Counted from the first letter of the stretch, positions 12,501-22,874 are shown. The stretch is DNA of 64,000 nucleotides from Alloascoidea hylecoeti (GCA_001600815.1 BCKZ01000006.1:1026137-1090136); one strand, 5' to 3'. Translations and numbers: made by a program. Notes: a model not told the origin generated them from the letters alone.

Positions 12501-14342
12501 GTTGTTAAATCTAAAGCAAAATCAGATGATATAAATGTTAAATTATCATCAATTAATTGATCATTATTAAAAGAATCATGTAAAATTTTTAACATTTTTG
12601 ATTTATCTTTTGATATTTGAAATTTTTGTTTTTTAATTTCTTCATCAACATTAATTAAACCATTTTGTTTTTGTAATCCTGCCATTGCTTCAGTATAAGC
12701 TAAACCATAAGATTTCCCATTAATTGTACATTTTTTAAATTCCATTATATTTTGAGTTAATGTACCAGTTTTATCAGAAAAAATATATTCAATTTGTCCT
12801 AAATCATCAGAAATATTCCAAGATTTTGGAGTACATGGATAATCCAATGGTTTATAATATAATAAAACATCCCAATGAATAAATAAAGCTTGTAAAGATT
12901 TAATTAATTCAATTGATATATATAGAGATATTGGGACTAATGATTGATATAATATAAGACCAACGAAAAAAGCTAATATACCATTTAAAGCAGGAGTTGA
13001 AGCATATGAACCATATTCAAAATATAAAGCAGATGAAGTATTTTTTGTATAAAAAACACCATTTATAATACCAGTTAATAAACATAATATAAAAAGTAAT
13101 ATAAAATTCATAATTACAGAAAAATTTAAATCTTTTGAAATTCTAGATTTTTTTGAAGGAGTTTCACCAGCATTAAGCATAATTTTTGAATCAATACCAG
13201 TAAATAAAACAATACCAATAACCCATTTTGTATTTCTTAGAGTACAACCACGAAGTAAAACATTATTTATAGAAATTGGTTCAATTAAATCTTCATCATT
13301 TTGTCTTTGATGGAAAGTACCATTATAAGAGTATAAATTTAAATGAGGTAATTCAGAATCAATGTAAAAACCAATATTTAAGAAATCTTTTGAATGAATT
13401 AAAGAAGAAGTTAACTTTAAACCTTGTTTTTGTTTTAAATTTGTTTCGCCATCTAAATTTTTTGTTTCTATATAACAAGAATTTGAATCTAAATTTGAAG
13501 TTGATAATATAGCTAAATCAGCAGGAATTTCTTCATTATTATGAATACGAATGATATCACCAACTTTTACATTTTTCCAATATTCTTTTTTAAAGTTAAT
13601 TTCATTTGAAGGAGAAATTTCGGAATTTGTATGGTGGGGGGGGGCCCGTCTGATAGTTTCAAAACTTGAAATTGAAGACCTTGGGCCAGCAAGATCATTC
13701 AATTGAATATTATTTTTTAGTTTTCTATTTTTAAGATAGTTTGAGAAGTGGGCCAAAGAGTGGGAGGTTTTCTTTTTTATGGATCGCCATAGGGAGATAT
13801 GCTCGGTTGATACGTTGACGTTAGGGACACCTCTTAGGACGTGAGTTGGGGTGTTGTTTAGCAGCAGGTCCTGCGAGGCTCTGCGGGTGTCCTCCAACGC
13901 GTCTTTTGCGGCAGTGACGGCAACGATGGCAATAAGAGGCACAGCAGCCAGAACGGGATTATCCACGCCAAAAATAGTAAAGCACTGGATCGTTAGGATC
14001 GTTAGTAAGCGAGGGTTCACGGACAGGCAGTATAGGCAGGAAAGTACTCACTCCTAGCACGACCATGAACAGGAAGTAGGCATTTGCGACGTTGCTGAAC
14101 TGGAAAAGCAGGTTTTTGGGGATGAACGAGAGAGGGGTGTAGCGGGTGGTTCGGATCTTGTTTCGCGCGAAGGTCTGCGTGGGCAGGCCGTCCGGGTCCA
14201 CCAAGTTGGGGGGCAGCGGCAGGTTGTAGAGCACGTGGCGGCCCTCGCCCTCGCCCGGAGCCTCGCACGCCGCCTGGAGATCGGAGGAGCTCGCGGAAGT
14301 GGCCGCGGAGGTGCCCGCGGACAGCTCGGAAGACATGGACAT
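9530..14342 (-). CDS. DNF1: P4-type ATPase phospholipid flippase, Dnf1/Dnf2 type; exons 14342-14052 and 13984-9530 (1581 aa)
   Basis: Motifs RNKIRTTRYTPLSFIPKNL, ETKNLDGETNLK, DKTGTLT (phosphorylated Asp), ESPDE, KGAD, TGDKVETAINIG, CCRVSPAQKA and GDGSNDV. Splicing joins ...FMVVLG to CFTIFGVDNP, matching the Dnf1/2 TM1-TM2 segment. DNF1 and DNF2 cannot be distinguished. Confidence 0.93.
13985..14051 (-). other. Spliceosomal intron (67 nt, phase 0) in the P4-ATPase gene
   Basis: GTGAGT donor at 14051, TACTAAC branch point at 14007-14001, CAG acceptor ending at 13985. Removal restores one reading frame. Confidence 0.92.
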
Positions 14343-14749
14343 TTTGTTTGTTCTGATTCAAAGAGTGTGTGGAAGTTAGGAAGTTAGGAAGTTGGCAAGT
14401 TAACGAGATTATTATCCGGAATGTGGCACGTGATGACTGTTACCCAGGTGTTACCCGGGTGGTATGGGTCACGTGTGCCCAGCCGGCTCACTGCAGCCAT
14501 GTGCCGTCCACGTGCCTTCCTACACACGTGCTTCCACACACGTGCCGCGTTCACATGAAAACGGACGGCCGGACTCAGAAACACCCGCCGCCCGCACGCA
14601 CCGGGGCACATTCACGCTGCCCATACAACGCCCATACAACACACACACACACACCCGGGTCGCGTTCTTTTTGTGGAGATCCTCCCCACGTCCGCACGGC
14701 CACGTCTGTATATAAATCCTCACTTTCCCTCTTCTCCTCTTCAGTCTTA
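14343..14749. promoter_or_regulatory. Divergent DNF1/CAT2 promoter with clustered E-boxes, a Reb1-like site and a TATA box
   Basis: CACGTG at 14427, 14470 (GTCACGTG), 14509, 14525 and 14539. TTACCCG at 14451-14457. TATATAAA at 14709-14716. GGAAGTTA tandem at 14371-14402. Confidence 0.7.
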
Positions 14750-16735
14750 ATGTCTGCTCTTTTTCGTCGTCTCCCTCTCGCGAAACACCTCCCAAACAAC
14801 CTGAGAACTTTCGAAATGCATTTTTCTTCCTCTGCCCTGCTAAAATCCTCAACGGCTGCCTCTGCTGCTGCTTCGGCTGCTGCTTCGGCTGCTGTCTCGG
14901 CTAATCCCACCGCTGGCATCGTCGAAGATAAATCAAAAGGTGCTACTTTGCGTTTCCAAGACTCTCTGCCTCGTCTGCCCGTTCCGACTTTGGAAGAGAC
15001 CGCCGCCAAATATCTCAAATCGCTACAGCCGTTGGTCAAATCCGAGGATGAATTTAATAAAACTAAGCAAATCGTTTTGGATTTTATAAAACCAAATGGT
15101 ATAGGTTCTACTCTGCAACAACGTCTTTTGAAAAAAGCTGCTGATCCAAATGTTAAGAATTGGATCTATGACTGGTGGAATGAAGCTGCTTATATGGCTT
15201 ATCGTGATCCCGTTGTTCCTTATGTCTCTTATTTTTATGTCCATAAACAAGATAAACTATCTTTATTAAAAGGAATTTCTTATAGAGCTGCAACTATTAC
15301 AAAAGCTGCTCTACAATTTAAAAATCTTGTTGACTCAAAAGAATTAGAACCTGAATATATGAGAAAATCTCCAATTTGTATGGATTCTTACCAATATATG
15401 TTTAATACTACAAGATTACCTGCTGAAAAAGCTGATACTACAAAACAATATCCTGCTGAAGATAATAAATTTATTATTGTTATTAGAAAAAATAAATTTT
15501 TTAAAGTTCAACATGAAATTAATGGTAAAGAATTATCCGTTGATGAATTAAATGAACAATTTAAATCAATTTATAATGAAACTTCTAAACTTGATTCAAC
15601 AACTATTCCATCAATTGGTTCATTAACTTCAGAAAATCGTGATAAATGGGTTGAATTTCGTAAAAATTTAATTTCTTCTTCTTCATCAAATTTAAAATCT
15701 TTAGAAACAATTGAAGCTTCTTCTTTTATTGTTTGTTTAGATGAAGAAAAACCTGTTACTTTGGTTGAAAGAGCAAGACAAATGTGGCATGGTAATGGAA
15801 CAAATAGATTTTATGATAAACCTTTACAATTTATTATAACTGATAATGGTGTTGCTGGTTTTATTGGTGAACATTCAATGATGGATGGTACTCCAACTTT
15901 AAGATTAAATGATTATGTTAATGATGTTATTTTTAATAAAAAATTAAATTATGGTACATCATCATCATCATCAAATTTATCAAAACCTGAAGAAATTAAA
16001 TTTAATTTAAATGATTTAAATTTAAATAATATTAATGAATCAAAAAATGATTTTAATCAAGTTATTAATAATCATGAATTATCTGTTTTAAATTATAATA
16101 AATTTGGTAAAAATTTAATTAAAAAATTTAAATGTTCACCTGATGCATTTGTTCAATTAATTATTCAATTAGGTTATTTTAAAATGTTTGGAATTTTAAG
16201 ACCAACTTATGAATCTGCAACTACAAGACAATATCAATTAGGTAGAACAGAAACAACAAGATCTGTATCATCAGAAATGAAATCATTTGTTGAAAAAATG
16301 GAAAATCCTTTATTAACAAATGATGAAAAATTAAAATCTGCAAGATTAGCAATTCAATCACATTTAAAATATATTTCTGATGCCTCAATTGGAAAAGGTG
16401 TTGATCGTCATTTCTTTGGTTTAAAAAAATCTTTATTACCAAATGAAAATTTACCTGAAATTTTTAAAGATCCAATTTTTTCTTATTCTTCTTCTTGGTA
16501 TTTATCAACTTCTCAATTATCAAGTGAATATTTAACTGGTTATGGTTGGTCTCAAGTAATTGATGAAGGTTTTGGTTGTGCTTATATGATTAATAATGAT
16601 TGGTTAAATATTAATATTGTTTCTAAAAAATTAGGTACTGAGAAATTAAAATATTATTTAGAAGAAGCTGCTGATGATTTAAAACAAGTTTTTGAATCTG
16701 AATTGTTAAAGGAAGCTCCAAAGGCTAAATTGTAA
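14750..16735 (+). CDS. CAT2: Carnitine O-acetyltransferase, mitochondrial/peroxisomal (661 aa)
   Basis: QDSLPRLPVPTLEET, NRFYDKP, catalytic GEHSMMDG, TYESATTR..GRTET and LSTSQ motifs. Arg/Leu/Ser-rich presequence from ATG 14750 just after a TATA box. C-terminal PTS1 AKL. Confidence 0.95.
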   Translation: MSALFRRLPLAKHLPNNLRTFEMHFSSSALLKSSTAASAAASAAASAAVSANPTAGIVEDKSKGATLRFQDSLPRLPVPTLEETAAKYLKSLQPLVKSEDEFNKTKQIVLDFIKPNGIGSTLQQRLLKKAADPNVKNWIYDWWNEAAYMAYRDPVVPYVSYFYVHKQDKLSLLKGISYRAATITKAALQFKNLVDSKELEPEYMRKSPICMDSYQYMFNTTRLPAEKADTTKQYPAEDNKFIIVIRKNKFFKVQHEINGKELSVDELNEQFKSIYNETSKLDSTTIPSIGSLTSENRDKWVEFRKNLISSSSSNLKSLETIEASSFIVCLDEEKPVTLVERARQMWHGNGTNRFYDKPLQFIITDNGVAGFIGEHSMMDGTPTLRLNDYVNDVIFNKKLNYGTSSSSSNLSKPEEIKFNLNDLNLNNINESKNDFNQVINNHELSVLNYNKFGKNLIKKFKCSPDAFVQLIIQLGYFKMFGILRPTYESATTRQYQLGRTETTRSVSSEMKSFVEKMENPLLTNDEKLKSARLAIQSHLKYISDASIGKGVDRHFFGLKKSLLPNENLPEIFKDPIFSYSSSWYLSTSQLSSEYLTGYGWSQVIDEGFGCAYMINNDWLNINIVSKKLGTEKLKYYLEEAADDLKQVFESELLKEAPKAKL

Positions 16736-18550
16736 GAAAATTGAAAGAGAGTTTTTGTGATATATATATATAATTACAAAAGATGTTTAGTTTATATAAA
16801 CTATTTGTGTGAATGAATGAAATTGTTCATAATTAGCGTGATTGCTAATCTTACCCTTAGATTCACTGTAACTCAAAATCAAAATCAAAACTGAAGAAAA
16901 AAAAAAAAAGAATTATACTGTAGTTTTTCTCATATTATTATAATGAATACTCTTATGATAATGCAAATATATTTTAATTATAAACTATAAGATATCTATT
17001 GTAACCTAGCTATATAACCTACAGTATAATTTTGATAATAGTAGTGACTGTTGATAATTAAATATTTATATAAACCACCTTACCAAATGATAAATATTTT
17101 TTGGCTATTATTATTATAGCTTTTATGATTATACCTTTCTGAAATTATTAATTGAGTCACTTTTAATTTTTTTTATTTTTATTTTCAATCCATCACATAT
17201 ATCATGTAATGATGAAATATCAATGACTTATTAAAAATTCAGGTTATATATTTAATATTTGAAAGGATTATTTGTTATTTGAAATGGTTAGGGTTGTAAT
17301 TGGAAAGAATAAAAGTATGAATTATTGAATTTTTTTTTTTTTTTTCATATTGATCAAATGTGATTTATATTGGGATACTCCAGATCTTCAATCTTTAAGA
17401 TTTTAAAATTAAATTATTTCCTATTTATACCAAACTCCTCCAAAAATAAAAAATACCCATATGTAAATTTTTTTATACCCCTCCGTTAATTATTAAGTGG
17501 TTCGGGGTCAAATGATAATTTCTATTTTTGTGTATTATATTAATAAGTTCAATATTCCAATGTAAATTTAAATTTTTTTCGCTATTGTTTGAAATAATGA
17601 AATCAAATTCGAATGCCACTAAAAAAAATTTATCTAGATATAGCCTATTATGAATAAACAATGTAGATATTAGTTTATTACCCCTTTAATATTGATAAAT
17701 AATTTGAAATAGAAATATTCCTAATAATAAGGAACTTGTTGATGACATTTTAAAAGCTAAATAGCTCGTCTTTTAAAGTCCATACAGGCATTTATCCATA
17801 CCAAAATTATTGATAGTAGCTATATGGGGTGGGGTAGGATACTTGAAGTGACCTAGACGACCCGACCGGGCACAATATACCATTCTTTTCATTCTTTTCA
17901 GGAACTACAGTAGTTTACAAAAATACATTATTATCTATATCACTTATTTAAAAAGTTATTAAAAATTGTATACGTACTACGTAGTAACATTTTTGTTATC
18001 CTGAAAGATCTATTGATCATATTTAAAACCAATTTGAATTTTGAACAATCACAATAATACTAGTACTGGTTTACTGTTAACCACCCACCACAAACAGAAT
18101 ACAAATACAAACAGAACACATACATAAAATATGCAGGGTCCTGCAAACGAGAAGGAATTCAGCTAAACTAAAGCTAAACAAAAGATGGTCCCTTCAAGTT
18201 TTCAAGGGAATTTAATATTTAGTGCTTTCTATGAATCTGGCTCACTTAAGTACCGATCACGATAGTGCTGAAACATGTGGTATTGAACAGAGAAACCCGG
18301 GAAGAATCTTCAAACTTACCGAATAGTTGTTAGTAGTTAGTAGTTAGTCACTCTTGGCGAAAAAAAAATCAAAAGCATTATTAAGTTTTTGGTCTAAAAA
18401 AGTGAAGTTACCATTCGAACTGGGAACTAGACAAGTCGTGAAAAAAGTCACGTTTGGAGAAAGTTCATTTTTGGGAGAGTTTTCGACTACCATAGAGAAA
18501 CATTCTTGTTAGAGTTTGTGTTTTCTTTTCGATATCGTTTGTATCTCATT

Positions 18551-19249
18551 TTATTTGTTAACTTTCATGTCAAACATATGCAGTAAATGAGTAGCATCCT
18601 CTTCAGTCATCGAATATTTTACCACCAAATCTCCTAACCACTTTACGTTCTTCTGAATATGAGCTTCTTTAGATTTTTCCCCCGGATCTGATTCAGTAGA
18701 TTCATTTGCATCTGGTTTATCTGTGTTTTCTTTATTTGAAGCACAAAATTTATACACTTCTTTTGTGTTTTCTTTATTTGAAGCACAAAATTTGTACACT
18801 TCTTTTGTGTTTTCTCGGTTATATTTTAACTCTGGATGTCGTTCCCGGAACTTATGCATCCAATCATCACACATATAGTGATCGTTCTTGGCTTTAGAAA
18901 ACGTTCTGAGATTGCCCGGATTGCTTAAAATATGAGTATCGATAAACTCATCAACTATGTCAAAAAAATGTCGTTTATCTGGGGCACATCCAACTTCCGC
19001 AAGTTCTAGAATACTCTTTGAGATTTCGGCTTCCTCTGAAACTGTAAGTTTTTGTCTCAATTGATCGCATATAGCTTTGGAAACAGATCCATTAAGTCGC
19101 CGTCTAAGTGTGTTTGGACTCACTTCATAATCCTTTGCGATGCGTCCGATTTTCTTGTTAGGGAATTCCCGAGCATTTAAAATAGCTGCTTCTATATTGT
19201 GAGCACTTATTATTTTCTTAGCTTCTTTTTTGGAATTTCTATAGACCAT
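18551..19249 (-). mobile_element. Pogo/Fot1-family transposase-derived ORF: Psq-type HTH plus CENP-B/Tc5-type HTH, no catalytic domain (232 aa)
   Basis: IEAAI..IGRIAKDYEVSPNTLRRRLNG (HTH_psq-like); RQKLTVSEEAEI..I and DDWMHKFRERHPELK (HTH_Tnp_Tc5-like). The ORF ends before any DDD/DDE motif, and no TIRs were found. Confidence 0.75.
18722..18815 (-). repeat. 42-bp coding tandem repeat, about 2.2 copies (ENTKEVYKFCASNK)
   Basis: Units begin at 18722, 18764 and 18806 on the + strand, with one synonymous mismatch between the two full copies. Confidence 0.95.
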
Positions 19250-21023
19250 TCTGGGTCAATATTGAGGGTTTTAAAAAGTTAAGTTTCGCGGAAGAAGAAA
19301 ATTTCATGTGATGTAGGACTTGAACCCCTTATTTTACTTAATTTAGACCACATTTTGAGCTAATACCTTTAATTTTGATGAATAATTATCAAAAAACTCC
19401 TTTACTAATTAAACATTATTATACTTTAAGCTTAAGTAGTATATAATTATATAATTTAACCGAAGAGAAAAAGTAATTAGTGAAAAAGGTGGACAAATAT
19501 TAGTTTCAAAAAAGTAGCCGAAATTAAGTGGAAACAGTAAGGTGAATTGAAAGTTTGGTGTCAGCGATACATAGTACTCTCGTTACTTTGCTTAGATTTT
19601 AAAGCGATATAGAATGCCTGATGGACTTACCAACTCTTTAATTACTTGTCTGAGTTACAATTCATTAGAAAATCTGGCTAATGCCTGTGGAGCACTGTGG
19701 ATGTTTTCGCTACAACGTGGTATTAATATTTAGGTACCTGGTGATAAATTGATTCGCAAATTTGTAAAGGTATTTTTCGTCATTTGAAAATCAATTGGGA
19801 TGCGATTAATTACATAACAAAGGTTGACAGATAAATACTTAAAATCAATAATTGTAAGTTTCAATTAAAATATACTCTCTCTCCAGAAAGATATAACTGT
19901 CTATATGACTGATGTCAGTTGCATTGCTATAGGTAAATCATCATAGTAGAATTAATAGTGAAAAAATATAATGACAATATCGAATTCGAAATCCTCTTTA
20001 AAGATCAATAGTTCCAATCAATTAGGTCTACATGTTCGTTAATAAATCACTTTACGGATATAAAACTGAATCACAGCCATTAAGATCAATTAATTTAAAA
20101 TTAAGTACGCATATAACAAGTTTATATCGGAGAGCTCTTATTTCCTTAAGATACATTATGGTTAGAATTAATTTTCATTATATAAAGCAAATTTATTATA
20201 TTATTGCATTGAGTGAATCAATAATTTATAATTGGTCATGATTTCTTTCCATTTCCAGGTTCGTAAGCTAGTGTATTCTATTTTTTATCTTGATTATAAA
20301 CCATAAGATTCTTATATGTTAACGTTGGTCTCTATCTAGATCGTGAAGCAATGAAACCGAAAGAAAAAAGAAAACAAAAAAAAAAGAAAGCATTTATAAG
20401 ACGTAGAGGTGGAAATAAAGAAAAGCATACATACATAGGTACATAGGTACCGTAATAATATAAGAGGTATATTATAGATTTTAGTATAGTCTTTTAATAT
20501 AACGTTAACATATCATAGCTAATATAATTATAAAAAATAGTATTTAAAAAAATTTAAAATTTAAAATTTAAAATTGGTGTTTTGAGTAAAAAAAGAAAGT
20601 AAAAAAAAAAGGCCATCCAGTAAATATAAACTGTTATGAATTATTAATAAATTTTAGCACAAGTCAATCTTTTTAAAATAATGACATTTTTGTTTTATTT
20701 TATTTTGATTCAAAAAAAAAAAAAAGTAAAAAAATAGAAAAAGAAAAAAAGTAAGTGATAAATAAAGACAAACAAATAACAACAAGCAAATTGAACCGTT
20801 ACACAACATAATATACTTTGACTATGAGACAATAAAACAAAAATATTAATTAGGGAAAAGTAGAATAAAACCAAGGTTGATGTAGGAAATTCAAAAGAGT
20901 ATATGATACAAATTAGCAATAATAGTTTTATTTCATTGAATTATCATAGTACACACATTTGAAAGGAAAAAAAATCTCTTTTTCTTTTTTTTTATTCTTA
21001 CTCTTATTTTTTATAATTTATAA

Positions 21024-22874
21024 TTATAATTCCATTTCATCACCAAAATCCATTGGATGATCGTCTCTATCATCTGACTTCTCACCTGAATTTATTCCTG
21101 TATAAAGATATTGATCATCTTCATCTTCAAAATTAACATTAAAAAAATCATCATCAGATCCGACTAATTTTTCATAAATATATTTTGCTTCAGTAACTAT
21201 TCCATCATATGAAATTTCTGTAGTTGGATTTGAAACAAAAATAACTTTTGGATCATCTTCATCGTCATCACCATCATCATTTGTTGTTGTGGTTGTTGCT
21301 GTTGTACCATTTGTCGTTTTATTTGGATAAACCTCCGAATTAATAGATTCAAATGTTTTAGTATTTATAATTGTCATTGGAGGAATAGATGTGAATTGTG
21401 TAAAACATAATTTAAGCATATATTGTAATCTTTCCTTTGGAACAAAATCTTTTAAGCTTTGGCCTAATTTTACAGATGCAATAATTGGTAATCCATCAGG
21501 TCTAAAACTTATATCATTTTGATCAATTAATCCACCATCAAATTCAAAATCTTCTGTTGATTCACGTAATATAGAAACTTCCATGTTTTTCAAAGCAGCT
21601 TCTAAATCATAACGAGCTTTTTCACCCTGTTCTGTTGTTGATAGATACCAAACGGATTGACCTTGAGGACAAACAGCAGTAGCACCATTCATAATAATTG
21701 CATGAACTGCATGTACATTATTTGTATTCAAAGAACCAGGTGGGAAAACAACAACTGCAGAGTTTTCATTTTCAGCCATCCATTCTTTACAATCTTTTGA
21801 AACAACTGCAATTAATCTTGTTATCTCGTATTTTGCCTTTGGAGGTTTCAAATTTCCAAAAGGTTTTGATAAGCTATATTGAGAAGATGCACAAACAACA
21901 TGTTCATTTACTTTCATAGTTGAGCCATCATTGAAATGAGCAATTCCTGTCTTATCATCATATTTGGTTAATTTGGTGTTTAATTTGTAAGTGGCACCAG
22001 CAACAGCGGCAGAACGACAAAAACCTTGTGATAATTCACCAGGACCACCAAATTTCGAAACAAGAGTTGGAAAGTTACCATAAGCATCGAATGAAACCAA
22101 ATACCTTTTAATACGAGCAAGTGCTACTGTAGTTGGAGTATCAATTGTTGAACAAAGGCCAATCGAATGTACCAATTCAGCAATCTGAGGTTTTTCTAAT
22201 TTAAATTTCTCAGTTAAAAATTTTGTAATTGAATCATTTGTATATTGACTCCAAATCTCGGGGGATTTTTCCCATTCTAAAACGAATTTCATAAATTTCA
22301 TTAAATTTCTCTTTATTGAAACAGATAAAGTATTATTAATGAAAATATCTTCTTTCGTACTTGCCATTTTTTCAAAGGAATCATTTTCAAAAGTATGAAA
22401 GTTGCCAAGGGCCTGGAATTCCAAATACCTGAAAACTCTGCTCTGAATAAGCAGCAGGAGGAGATCTGAACGAGCAAACAAGATACGCGGTGTTAAGTCG
22501 ATAGCATAGTCACGAGAGTTGAGACTGGTGGGTCTGGGGATGTATAAATTTGCCTTTGCGAAGCCGCGATTTACGTACTGACCGTTGTTGACGTTCTGGA
22601 CCCAGGTTTTTAGCTGCTCAATATTTAAAGTCGCGTTCATATCACCATAATGAGGGTTTGCATCAACATGGAAGACAGAAGTTCCCTGCCAGGCCAGTGC
22701 GGCCGCGAGGATCGACTCGACCAGACCCGATCCCGCAATCAACACATCGCATTCGCGGGGAGTCGGGTCCATAGTGGGACGGTCTAGTCCAGCCAGTTGT
22801 GGGAGGGCGACAGAGGGACGTCTCTGCTGGGACGACGAAGAGGGCCGGCGGTCACGATCTGAAAAAGAGGTCAT
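21024..22874 (-). CDS. MRS6: Rab escort protein (Rab geranylgeranyltransferase component A), 616 aa
   Basis: RRPS..LAG..DVLIAGSGLVESILAAALAWQG, YLEFQ, GGPGELSQGFCRSAAVAGATYKLN, TEISYDG and C-terminal EMEL match yeast Mrs6. The first ATG is at 22874; the ORF-track start at 22892 is TTG. Confidence 0.93.
   Translation of the reverse strand: MTSFSDRDRRPSSSSQQRRPSVALPQLAGLDRPTMDPTPRECDVLIAGSGLVESILAAALAWQGTSVFHVDANPHYGDMNATLNIEQLKTWVQNVNNGQYVNRGFAKANLYIPRPTSLNSRDYAIDLTPRILFARSDLLLLLIQSRVFRYLEFQALGNFHTFENDSFEKMASTKEDIFINNTLSVSIKRNLMKFMKFVLEWEKSPEIWSQYTNDSITKFLTEKFKLEKPQIAELVHSIGLCSTIDTPTTVALARIKRYLVSFDAYGNFPTLVSKFGGPGELSQGFCRSAAVAGATYKLNTKLTKYDDKTGIAHFNDGSTMKVNEHVVCASSQYSLSKPFGNLKPPKAKYEITRLIAVVSKDCKEWMAENENSAVVVFPPGSLNTNNVHAVHAIIMNGATAVCPQGQSVWYLSTTEQGEKARYDLEAALKNMEVSILRESTEDFEFDGGLIDQNDISFRPDGLPIIASVKLGQSLKDFVPKERLQYMLKLCFTQFTSIPPMTIINTKTFESINSEVYPNKTTNGTTATTTTTNDDGDDDEDDPKVIFVSNPTTEISYDGIVTEAKYIYEKLVGSDDDFFNVNFEDEDDQYLYTGINSGEKSDDRDDHPMDFGDEMEL

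Noticed and set aside
13985..14020. ORF-track start of the P4-ATPase at 14020
   Set aside because: It is a GTG inside the intron. The true N-terminus is exon 1 (14342-14052).
14369..14749. 127-codon N-terminal extension of CAT2 in the ORF track (788 aa)
   Set aside because: It begins at GTG and runs through the GC-rich promoter upstream of the TATA box, where stops are rare by composition. The presequence starts at ATG 14750.
14960..14985. Alternative CUG-Ser/Ala genetic code
   Set aside because: CTG encodes both conserved leucines of the Cat2 LPRLP motif, which supports the standard code.
13851..15250. Many overlapping 68-154 aa ORFs in the GC island
   Set aside because: By-products of high GC overlapping the real DNF1 exon 1, the promoter and CAT2; no recognisable motifs.
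18722..18815. CRISPR-like array
   Set aside because: Head-to-tail coding repeat without spacers, in a eukaryotic context.
19300..19370. Functional tRNA gene
   Set aside because: A/B-box-like motifs are present, but there is no acceptor stem or anticodon arm and the T-stem pairs poorly. Kept only as a finding.
17900..20700. Terminal inverted repeats for the pogo-like ORF (e.g. TACAGTAG near 17906)
   Set aside because: No matching inverted copy could be found by eye on the other side.
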